Shown: in pieces, positions 24,193-35,743 of the stretch
Numbering within the stretch: position 1 is the first letter of the stretch
Layout: every line of letters begins with the position of its first letter
Assembly (NCBI GenBank): GCA_040954595.2
Contig: CM082595.2
Location: forward strand, 7,484,317 to 7,548,316
Source: Balanoglossus misakiensis
Taxonomy: Eukaryota; Animalia; Hemichordata
DNA: 64,000 bases
Direction of reading: 5' to 3'
Program-made: the position numbers and the translations under genes
Notes under the pieces: generated by a model
What the model saw: the letters and a program-made list of their open reading frames with translations, nothing else
What the model was told of the DNA's origin: nothing
Databases searched by the model: none

Positions 24193-27076
24193 TTTTTTCA
24201 TAAAAAACAGCACAGCAAGCTTATGTAAGACAAAACAGGTACATTTTCTCGTTGAAATCAAACCAAACATTAGACCGGAGATACGGATACAATGTTGCAA
24301 GAGACTAAAACTCTCACGAAACCAAACAATCCCACAATCCGAACTGAAACGTCACGACCACTGAAAACGAGAGAAAACATGAGGGCAGCGTTGAGAGCAC
24401 ATTTTAAGTTGGCTGGTTTGGTATACGCCCAAGTTCAGTGGTTGAAAGTCGGCTACCGTCCGATAAAAGCTCCGTAAAGACAATTGTGTTTGTCTTCACC
24501 GCCAGAGGGTGCTGTGGACAACAAATCGCTATTCTCCTTTCTGTAAAAGAGTCGTGAACACACGCAGTTTCTTACCCGAAGATCATAGTTTTCAGATACA
24601 ACCATATTGAACACCTATTGCCTGGCCATGAGGGCCATAGCGGCCGTTTATTACACCCGAGGGGCTGCGGCCTCGGGAAATAGCATATGATAAGTGATTC
24701 TGGTAACTCACAGTCACGAGGGGGTAAAAACGGCTGCTATGGCCCGAATATAGGCCAGGCTGTAAGTGTTTTATAATAAACCTCATGCTAACAGCTGGGA
24801 AAATCTTGCAATTTTCTCTTGAGGTTGGCAGACGACATCTTCAGTGGTGGCCATTGTGTCAGACGACGCGACGCTGATTGACGTGACCACGTTGGTCACG
24901 TGACCGGTTTATATTTTTTCTGCTATTTCCCTATAGAGATTCATAATCGTTCTATTTTCCTGTCACGTGACGGATTCTGGCGAATCACGACACAATATTA
25001 GCATGATGTATATTATAATTGTAGTTAAAATATGCAGTCTTCTTATCAAGGATTCGAATTGGCCCATTCTTTACAGAGCCACTTTCAAAATTACAGTGCT
25101 ATCTTACTCGAGTGAAAACATGACAACACACGGATTCTCGGGCAGTTGTAGGCTGAAAGATTCAGCCGTGTGCGGCGCTCCGGCCCGGCGCACTGCCAAA
25201 GGGTCATAGGCACGGTGGAGCGCCCGCACACGATTGAATCATTCACTCTATAGGCCGTTTATGTCAACTCAAGATTTGCCAGCTTTGTGTTTATCCAGGG
25301 GTACCTAAAATTGTAGTTCAGGCAAAGAAACGGCAGACTTCTTTCCCCAGACTTCTTTTTTCTTTTTAGGGTGGTTACCCCACTGTGCAAACTCCAAAAC
25401 TGTAGTGTAGTTGTAAGATAAATCTTGTGATCTTTTGACCTCTTTGACCTAAATTCAAAATAAAATTGCAACAAATACATATACAATCAATAGAGTGCTA
25501 AAAAAACACACAGAATTTGAGAGGCAGATGACTGTTCTGGATTTATTTTTCACAGAGTTACAACTTTTTAAGTTTACCCTACCCCAATATCAGGGTCGGA
25601 AGTCTTGTGCCATTATTCCGTATCTCTGTATTTGTGTTTTTCTGATCGTTATTGAATAATAAGTTTTTTTTATTGGTTTGAAATAGATTCTGGGAGAGTA
25701 TTTTATCTTCTAAATGACATTTAAAGACTTAAGTTAAAAAATCGTTAAAGAAATAGCCATACTACAAATTTTCAGAATGACCCAAATTTCATGACCTTTT
25801 GACCTCTATTGACCTTAATTCAAAACGAATTACCACCAAAATATATTATATTGGTAGAGATTTTAAAAAACACACAATTTGAGTGGTAAATGAGTGTTCT
25901 GGCTTTAGTTTTGCTGGAGTTACAGCAATTTAAAGTTCCCCTACCACTAAAATTTGAGTTGGAAATTTGTATGTTCTTACATTAGTTTTTGAGGGGAAAA
26001 TGCAGAAAGCTACTCGATAGGCAGGGCTATCACCCCAATTTATAATCTAGAGATATAGGCCTTTCTAAAAAAAACCACATGAGGCTTTGACCATCTTTCT
26101 GATACCAATTTATGAAAAATCGGGTCCTGGCCCATGGATAATGGAAACGTCGCCCATGTGCAGTTCAGGCGACCATTTCCCTTGAAAGCGTCCAGTCTCT
26201 CATATCAGATCAAAAGTCACCCAGACTACGGGCTTATTCCTTAGTAAACGCTCGGAGAAGTTACTCTTTCGATACATTCTGTTTTTTGCGTTTGGTACAT
26301 CAATCGGCACAAGTGCTGAAGAAAAACTGCACAACACAAGCAAGCTTCTGAGTTCTGACCTTAACAAATTCAATTATTTTACAGGTCAACATATATTTTT
26401 GATGTCCTCACACTTGAGAAAGCACTGCCTTGGCCATTTGACTAAAACAAAATACTGAAAACAATCTATCGGTGAGCATATCAAACAGTCGATATTACAA
26501 GATCATCCTGTCCTCGAACTTGAAAAGTCTCCAAGCATGAATTTAAATAACCAAGAATCACTAGGCAAATTTAACAAACTCCCGAAAAGATTATCATTCT
26601 TTCGCACAAAACAGGAATTTTGTGTAACGCGGTCAGCATCAGTATAGTACCACGCTACTCGAATAAGGGTCAACACATCCACGGCAGATGGGCGTTTTAT
26701 GTGAACTATAAACTTGATTGAAGTAGCTGACGACCGAGCAATTTCTGTCATGCAAGACGCACTGAAGTAACATAAATGCCACCATATTATAAAACAAAGG
26801 AATTATAATCTATACCCGCCCCAAGTTCAAATCGCTATCAGCATTCAGATGTGTCCCAGTTTGTGATTTACAGGAAGTGAATAACTCAGTCTTCAGTTTC
26901 ATTGTTCGCTCATGAGTTATTGTGGAACATTTTCACAATTTGACACCAGTTTCTATTCATATTGTCCTTAATATTCAGTGACCCACTATTAGTGTGCAAG
27001 TATAGGTGAAACTCTCACCATTTCTTTGCTTTCTTTGTCACTTCCAGGATACACAGCGTTAAATTTGCTGCAGTGT

Positions 27077-30000
27077 TTATAGGGCAAACACTTTAATGCA
27101 GTCATTGATGCTGTCAACTACAGCCACTCTGCATGGCACATCATTGGTCAGTGTGATACCATGTGGCCACTCAAGTCCATCCTCATCACTGTCAATGCGA
27201 GATATGAATCTCCCTCTGCTGTTTAACTTCACCACACGTTTCTTTCCTCTCTCACAGACATACACATATCCGTCTTTATCTGTCACTATTCCGGTTGGAC
27301 CAACCAGCTTGTCATCTGTGCTGATGTTGTGAAATGAATATAAAAACTCACAGTCTGCATTGAACACCTGAACACGGTTTTTGTTCATATCTGATACAAA
27401 AGCTTCTCCTCGACTGTTGATATCCACATATACAGGTCCTTTGAATTCTCCCTCTTCAGTGCCATGCTTTCCAAAGGATTTGATGTGCTGACCATGCTGT
27501 GTGTATTTCCTGACACAGTGACTACCTTCCTTGTCTGTGTCTTTACCCTTTCCATCCCAGTCTGTGACATACACGCTGCCATCTAGAGGACTGATACCAA
27601 GTCCACAGACATATTTCAGTTCAGGTTGTCCAAAGTGTCTGAGTACTTGTCCATCCTCATCGCTTACAACTACTTGACTGTTGCCCAGATCAGTCATGAA
27701 GTATTCATCATCAGCTGATACTGCCACATCGTTTGGTTGAAAGGGCTTCTCAAACTGTGTGAACGTTAAACTTGATTTGTAATTTCCATCTCTGTCGGCT
27801 ATGTGTACCCTTTTGTTACCCCAGTCAGCTGTAACAAAGTCGCCGTGTTTATTAGTAGTTATCCCTACTGGCCTTATAAGCTGACCTTTGCCTATTATCT
27901 TCACCAAACCTTTGACAGAAATTACAAATGGTGATCCTGGTATCGATTGATCACCAAGTGTTATGCGGACTTCATGTCTACCACCAACATCTGCTTGAAA
28001 TCTCAGACTGTGTGTACCATCTCTGTTGTCAACCACTCCTACGTCTTCTTGTGACCCATCTTCTTTGCAGATCTTCGCTGTGATTGCTTTGTATTGTATG
28101 ACTGGTTTCCCTCTTCTGTCTTCGATTCTGACAATGACGTCAGCAGACTCACCCATGACGAGTCTTTTGGGAATGCCCTCTATTCTACACTGTGATGCAC
28201 TGATATCTAATGTCAACAATCCAAGCATTCCATGCTGCAGAGGGTCTGCAGAAGGGTTGAATTTGATCAGCTCACATTTTATGAATTGATTCACTTTATG
28301 AAAAAATTCATGAATGTGAAGCAGAGTTTGTTTCTTTGACGACATTAGGTGAGCAGAACTCCCATCATTCACCAGTGCTTCCATGTAATCGCATGCCTTG
28401 GAAATACTTCCATGTTTTTCTTCCCACTCATCCACTTCAGTTTCGATGGTGTGTCTGATCATCTTGTATTCATGTTTCATATCTTCAACCAGTCTGAACT
28501 CTTCCCTCTTCACTATTTTTATTATCTTCTTTGCTTTATTTCTCACTTTCTCCTCTTCCTCGTGACGATGTACTTCTAGGTCATCTTTCATACCCTCACC
28601 TCCAGTGTCATGTGACTTGACGGCCTCTTCATGTCTTCTCAACCTCGTTACCATCTCTCTAAGTTGTTTTCTGTAATCATCAGCGACATCTTGTATCTGT
28701 CTATGGACATGGTCAGGAGTGGGATGTGTAGTAATACACTCAGGACAGATGCATACTTGACAGCTATCACAAAACAGATGTACTTCATTCTGTGTGTGAA
28801 AGCTGCAGTACACTTGACTTTGTTGTGATTGCTGACTTGATATTTCTTTCAAGTATTTGTCGAGTGTGACGTCACTCTGACCTTTGACTGCTTCTGTGTC
28901 TTCATGGACAGTTATACAGGAAGAACAAAACTTGGCATTGCACTCTCTGCACCTATGTAGCGATTCAGTTTCTTTGCAACCTTCACATTGCCCTTCTTCA
29001 ACGTCTTCTGTTTTGCGCTTTTTTTGAGGAACTTCTTCCTGAAAAAATCAAATGCAAACACAGAAATGAGTATCCTAACTGTGACACAATGTTTTTCAAA
29101 GGCATAGCAGGAATATTAAATGTCCTTTGACATCTTGGCAGATACTGGTAACTGCACGGTCAGTTCTATACAGGGCTGTGACATGCTTTCAACGTGTGTA
29201 GTAAGTCTACCTTGCCATAGTAGCCGAATGATTGTGTCTTTGCAGCTAACAATATCACTTGCCATTCCTACAGTAGTAATTTTCTTTATTCATAGTGGTC
29301 TGTATGTGGCTCTCTCTGAATTATCTTTCATGCATTCCTTACTTTTTAACCCAACCCACAAGAGTATATGATGGTGATTGGCATTATTTCGTTAAAAGAC
29401 TAAATTATCAGATCAGCGTTTGTCAAATGTGCCCATGAGAAGAAATTATAATGAGCTCGTTTTGGACCAACGCCAGCTAATTTAAATAGGTACACATTTC
29501 TCAAGGAATGCGAGTATCATGACGTTTTTAGAGAATCATCGAGGAAGGATAAACTTATGAAGAAAGCTCGAGAAATAAGACAAAGGTAAGAGGTATATAC
29601 AGTAACAAAAACGAGCCGAGAATCAAAGTAAGCACGTGATAAAAGCAGTACGAAGGCTAGTAACAATAGGCTGCTCTAAAGTTTAACACATTACTTGAAC
29701 AGACGGTGTTTTCAACCCAATTTTATGAATGAAAATTACACCAACAGTTTTAAATTTTCTTGTGGAAGGTTTCCTGGATATTAAATGTTTACTTACTGTT
29801 GAGGGCGCACTTCGTTTTGTCTTCTCACGAACGGCAATTCTTTCAGCTAGCTCTTTTTCAACCTGCAGCCTTTTGATCTCGGCTTGCTGCGTTGATTCTG
29901 TCTGCTTCAGTTCAGCAATCTGTGCAGCGTTAATGTTAGCTTGTGATTTCATCTTATGCTCTAGATCTGCAATCTTCTTTGCATTAATTGAACGTTGTAG

Positions 30001-33000
30001 CCGGGCACCTTTTCTGCACTCTAGAATTATTAGACTAAACTGCGTTATTTCGTCTTTGGTGGGCCATTTTGTTGACATCAGATGTAACTCATCCATGCAA
30101 GAATAATCCGGCAGGCATGGCTGCTTTTGTTTCACGCTCCTGGCTGCAGCAAAAATCAAGTTTTCTTTATGCAGATCTGTCACAAAGAGAGAGAGGGAGA
30201 GAGAGACAGACAGACAGACAGAGACAGGGAGAGAAAGAGAGAGACAGACAGAGAAAAAGAGTGAGCGAGTGAGTGTTATGCATCAGATCGACTTGAATTT
30301 TGCAGGATTCGAACACAGACCTACTGTTTCAATCCCTGGCATGTACGCACACAAAACCACTACGCAAAGTTCTCATATAATTAATTTAAAGCCCACGAAG
30401 ATAACGTTCCGCTACGTAATTAGTACAATGGCATTTCCATGCCCGGTGTCACTACAGTGACCTACCGGTCCTGAATTCATCCAAACTTGGTACAAATAAT
30501 GTAATCGAACAAACAATGTTCACGTAAAGTGTTTGCCTATGATTGTTTTGAATGTGCCGACAGAGTTCCAAGTGCTAAGGTGACACTGCAGTTTCAGGGC
30601 GACTTTGGTCAAATTTCACGCTTTGTGGCAGGTTACTAAGTCTCATGTTGACATTTTTCGTTGAAAACATATCTTGGTGATGGACCGAGTATCTAAACCC
30701 TCTCTTTTAAAGTAATGCTGGCATATCTAAGTGACGTTATGTTATGCAAATCGGTACAATATTGGGTACATTTGGAAATTATTTCTCAGACTTCAAACAA
30801 AGTTAACTTGGCACAGAAGGTCAGAATCATCTCCACAATTTGTAAACTTAATTCCAAATATTTTGTGTCGGGATAGAGTAAACACAGTAATAGTAAACGA
30901 CAATTGGATTTGGCTGAGAGCGATTTCCATCAATTTCGTTATGATCCCTATTTTTCGTCCATGTGTGGTTTTGAAAGTCTTATTGCATGGACTTCATGTG
31001 TTATTCTGCCTCTGCTTCATTCCTGAATAATAACACGTGCCTTACCTTTGAAGTATTGTATCCCTCTGTTTAACTGCGACTGGTCGACATGGACATCTAT
31101 CTCAAATACCAAGCCATCATCTTTGACGAGCATTTTCACACTCGGAGATATCAGTATGTTAGTTAACATGCGTTGTATAGTACGTTCCCTCAGCCCTTTC
31201 ATGACATTCAGTATACCACAGATGTCAAACGCCTGTACAGTCAGCACAACAGAAGAAAGTTTGATGCCGTTCAATTGTACTTGATATCGCTTGAAAGCCT
31301 CGTCCATTAACTTATATTTCTCAGCATCACTTCTGCTTTCTATCTCCGCAATTTCCTGGTCAAATATCTTCTTTGCAGCCTTTGCCTGTGCATCGTACCG
31401 TTTCTCCTTCAGTCTGTCTTCGGTTGACGTCGTCACTTTGCTTAGCAGTGATTTCATGTTCTTCCACACCCACACAAGGATTAATTTAAACCCTGAAGTT
31501 TAAAGAAAAATGCAGCATTTGTATTAATTATGAAACATTCAAATGCCATTTTCATGAAAATGTAAAAACTGCAGTTAATATAGTTGCATATAAATTGAGA
31601 AATTCCATTTGTGGTTTATCCTATCCTCATACAATCTGTAGCGCAGATGAAAATAGTCAAACCAAGCTTCTTTGACATGTAGAACGAGAGCACTAGTATC
31701 CCTTTTGTCGAACTTAAAGTTCCCGTGTTTTATTTCAGATGTTGCTTTCGAATTTCTTTCACATAAAGAAAGAAGCAAAGTACCATAAAACTAAATATTG
31801 TCGTGGAAGGCTTGTTTCTGATACAATATCAAAGCTTAGAAAGCAACATCCACTATATAAAGCAAAGTCTAAAATAAATGCTTTAAATCCAAAATAATAT
31901 CGAGCTCCCATATCAGCAGCCCGTTGATAATATTTGGTCTTGGTGAGATAATAGTAAAGCATACGGGTACCTTTGTCATAACATTAATTAGTCCAATGTA
32001 AAAGATTCCTTGTTAATGTAAATGAATGGTTTTATGCTTAAAACGCGTTGGTGTTTACAAAATTTTAGGACGCAGACACGTTCGATGATCTTCAAGTTGT
32101 ATCGAAAGCAAATCACCGCAAATAAGCGGCTATATATATAAATTAACCTCCCCCATTCATGTTTAAAATTCCTGTAGAAATTAGTCATTGTTTTTTATGA
32201 AAAAAATACGTAAAGGACAAAGAGAAATTCATATAAAGCCACAGCAAATCAAACTGTTTTGAGGACAATTGTGATTTGAGTATTTATACGTGATAGGCTA
32301 CGTCAGAGATTATGTAGTCCCAAAAAATGGCGGAGTGGGTGAAAGGTGGCAGACAAAAACCAGTCAATAGAAATGCTGCACATTTGATACAGCCTCGTTC
32401 CAGCAGTAAGTCATGTACCAGCATGAAATACTGAAATCTATTGTACAGGCAAATTGTGTTGTTGCTTTGCTTGGTGGATTATGACATGATTTATGGCAAA
32501 CGTGGTGGACGAAAATAGCCGATATCGTTTTATTCAGTGCTGGCCAGTCAGGAAAGACGTACTGAAAACCTATCAGCGACGTAATCTGATCGATGATTGG
32601 CTAATCACGAAATTAATATTATGGTATAGCGTCGCCAATCTTGGAAATGGCTCGACTATACCACTATAAGTGGCTTCTTTTTTGCCGCTCAATGACCGAT
32701 CAAAGCTGGATAATTACCAAACGAGGCCTTGTTTCCTTCCAGTGGTTCAACCACACTAACGCTGTGTCTTCGCTTATTTATCTTCATTCCTGTAAAGATA
32801 AATTAAAGACAACAACATTTAGCAAATGACAGTAAAAGTTACATAAACGAGAAAAAATGTAGGGCCTATCAAAACATGTCTACGTTGGTAATACCTTCTT
32901 GATGTGTTTGAAAACGTTCCACTTCTTCCTTTAACGGTCTGCGCTTTATATGCGACATGAGGTCGACCAAAAGTGTAACATTCTTTTTGGATATGATCCC

Positions 33001-33180
33001 ACGCCTTTGTAGATACAGGAACATTTCCATGGCAGAGTCCATTTCCTCCGCATGTTTGACATCAATCTGATGACCAACAAGGAGACGTTTGATTCTCGCC
33101 ACTTCCTCCTTGTCGAGCTGATTGTCCAACGTATCGAAGAGCAGTCTTAGTGGATCAATTTTGGTCGAATCAGTTTCCAT
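27077..33180 (-). CDS. DED / TRADD-N-like / coiled-coil / B-box x2 / coiled-coil / filamin / NHL protein (RING-less TRIM2/3/71-like fused to a death-fold N-terminus), ~1024-1048 aa
   Basis: Minus-strand exons 33180-32895 (DED: LRLLFDTLDNQLDKEEV...LLVDLMSHIKRRPL), 32789-32718 (optional 72 nt), 31492-31046, 30176-29797 and 29038-27077 have GT-AG borders with compatible phases 1,1,1,0. The last exon encodes CEGC...CREC...CSSC (B-box1), CSFH...FCDSC...CPEC...H..H (B-box2), DNRDGTH...IPGSPF (filamin) and FKGPVYVDINSRGEAFVSD-type NHL repeats. Confidence 0.75.
30185..30270. repeat. (AG)/(AGAC) microsatellite; forms the pyrimidine tract of the minus-strand acceptor at 30177-30179
   Basis: Direct reading. 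Confidence 0.9.
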
Positions 33181-33989
33181 GATTACAACGATACTGTTAG
33201 GAAAAAAAATCAAGGGTGCGTTTGGCCGAGGCGACGTGGAACGCGGTCCAGTATGCCCGGCTGTTTTCGAGGTGGGTGTGGCATAGATAAGCTTTGTAGA
33301 CGCAGCAGGTCACGTCCAGCTCATGGGCTAGTGTTTACAGGTGATATTTGGTACGGGCCAAAGTGTGAAAAAATTGTGATATGACCCAGCCAGCATGCCA
33401 CCTGGACATCTGCCCAGGACAGAACTACCAGAAGCCCAGACCAACGTTATTACGACTCTGAAAATACCGCCTTGTGATTTCTTTTATGGTAAATGACTCC
33501 ATGTCATGACCTATATCGCTGCGGTTGAATGTTTACCTAGGTGTACTCCACTATGTCTAACAAACTAAGAGAAAATAAATCTAATATATTGGCCTGCTCC
33601 TTCACTTATCTTTATGGTAAATCAATGCAAGCATGCAGACACAAGTACGTGTTGGTTTATGGCTTAATTTAATGTCAGACATGTCTTAACACATACATGC
33701 ATAGCTGAACTGCCAGCCTGCCGTTTGACAACAGTGGAACTTGTATTAGACTACATTGTAGAGAAGTATGTTCAAATGGGTCACAATTTGTAACGGGGGG
33801 TGTGTGGCATTGTTTGACAGTGAGATAATTCAGTATGGTCCTAGAGTTGAACGGAAGTATCATTCATATCTAATAGTGTACGTGCGATGTTGGGGATATT
33901 GACAAAATGTATATTTGTAGTGTCCTCATGGCGGTATGCTGAATTCATTAACTCTATAAAGATGCAAGGTTACTGATCGGCTGTATGTA

Positions 33990-34850
33990 GCCCTCAGCGT
34001 TACATCTCCAGAAATAGGTGTCATAGTGCGAACCGAGTAAACATGAAGTCCAGCAGGGCGGTACAATAGTCGGGGGGAGTCGATGCGTTCTCAAAGCGCC
34101 ACCAATGTCTATTCCAAAGTATGCGGTATGCAGTAGAGTATGCTTTGAAAATCTAATAATGTGGTCAGAAACCGCACGACACTGAAATGTCCAATTACTC
34201 CACGGGAAATCACTCTTGACCCAGTAGTGGAAAAACCGACCGTGTGTGCAACTTGAGAATTTCACAGCTGAAATCAAGTTCACCAACGTCATTCATAGAA
34301 GGATACGAGAGAGATGGGGCTGGAATTTCACTTCGCTTTTGTCACCGTTATCCTGCTGTTTCTCGTCCTTTTAGGTGAGTACATCAGAGTTTCGTTGGGC
34401 ATATTAGGAGAGTAAAATATTTGGCGAGAAGCATAAATTTCATACAATATTTCATAATTATTTCCGTGCACATTTACAGGATTGGTGTTTTCCCGTCTGC
34501 GGGTATGCATCCCATAACACACAGTCGATTTTCAAGTCAAACTATACAATGCGTTACTACTTTTTATCACATTTCCAATTTTCTTTGAAACAACATTTAC
34601 ATGTACGTTGGCAGGGTCTCTCAATGCTGATGGTGTGTTTAATGGAAAAGCCGGAGTCTATCTGGAGTTTCCTGCGCTATGAACAACTTGTAAATGGGTT
34701 ATTTGATTTCTCATTATTCATCCGCTGAAAGATGACTAAACATGGCATTCGCCGCAGCTATGCGAATGACTAAATGTCTTAATGCTATGAACCAATATCT
34801 GAATGAACATCTTGATAACAACTTATGCAGATATGTCTGACAGTTTGCGA
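33990..34850 (-). pseudogene. Possible heavily decayed GT11 alpha-1,2-fucosyltransferase-like remnant
   Basis: Minus-strand fragments appear in the expected order but in different frames: GY..SIKTFSH (cf. GYFQSWKYF.H), GMHTRRRE (cf. GVHVRRGD), ELDF/SSCTH/IGHFS (cf. D..LL..CNH...GTF), PPCW (cf. P.W). Many frameshifts and stops. Confidence 0.25.
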
Positions 34851-35743
34851 CAGTACTTTGCGGAAACCAGCAAACGCAACACGTCACGAGGAATCACCCA
34901 CAGCATTGGTGACGTCAGAGGGTCTGGTGGAGCTCGTAACACCTCAGGTCGTTACGGAGACGCCATGTTTGCAGCACGCCCTCTTGAACGACACTTACAT
35001 TGTACACATGTGAGATAATGCACAAGCCGCAGGCGAGTGCATATATGAAGTTGATCGTGACTGTTTCCTCATAATAGCAGTTAAATGAAATGGACCCAGA
35101 ACAAGCATGTTATCACTCTCCAGAAATACTCACGCACTTCAAATATGGTATGGAGACAATCACACATAATTTTCTTGACACATTGCCAAACGAATGTTAT
35201 TTTGAAGTGACATATTTTCCCTGTACATTCATACTCTATTTAATAATGGCTTGCATAAATTTAAACAAGTTCTTATTCAATCACAACGACCATGTTGCAC
35301 TTATATAATTATAATTACAACGCATAATGTACTATGTAGCGAAGACTGAGCGAGATTTCTCGAGATTAAATGGACAAACGTGAGTCGTGAATGCGTGTAG
35401 ACAATGTGGGTCACCATAATAATTAGCAGTCAGTCTGCGCAAACATCGCTAGTATGCGTGTGGTTGTCGTCGTGCTCAAAGCGAAACTGCCTGATTGCGT
35501 TCAAATACACCAGCCATTTCTGTTCGGTGATTAGTAACCTTGGGGATTTCTCCTCGGCGGAGTGTCGACACCACGTCACGTGCACTGGAGCTTGGCGTCT
35601 ATTTGATATCAGCTGACACTTGAATCTAGAGCTCAGCTCAGATACTATATTCCCTTCCTCCCTTATATTGGAAACAGCGCTGCTCGAAAGCCCAGCTTTC
35701 CAAAACAACGCTTCGTCATCATCTACACTGTGAAACGACGAAA

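Larger units (their letters stand above)
15784..25268 (+). repeat. Tandem segmental duplication unit 3 (~9.5 kb)
   Basis: Homology to the other units stops abruptly after TTTATGTCAAC at 25268, followed by unrelated TCAAGATTTG. Confidence 0.92.

Noticed and set aside
25269-26160. Probable transposon remnant just beyond the duplication end (GACCTTTTGACC motifs, ...GGAAACGTCGCCC end)
   Set aside because: Only one plausible terminus and no TSD, so boundaries and class cannot be supported.
28026-31503. Plus-strand ORFs overlapping the DED-TRIM-NHL gene
   Set aside because: Antisense to well-supported coding exons, with no recognisable domains.
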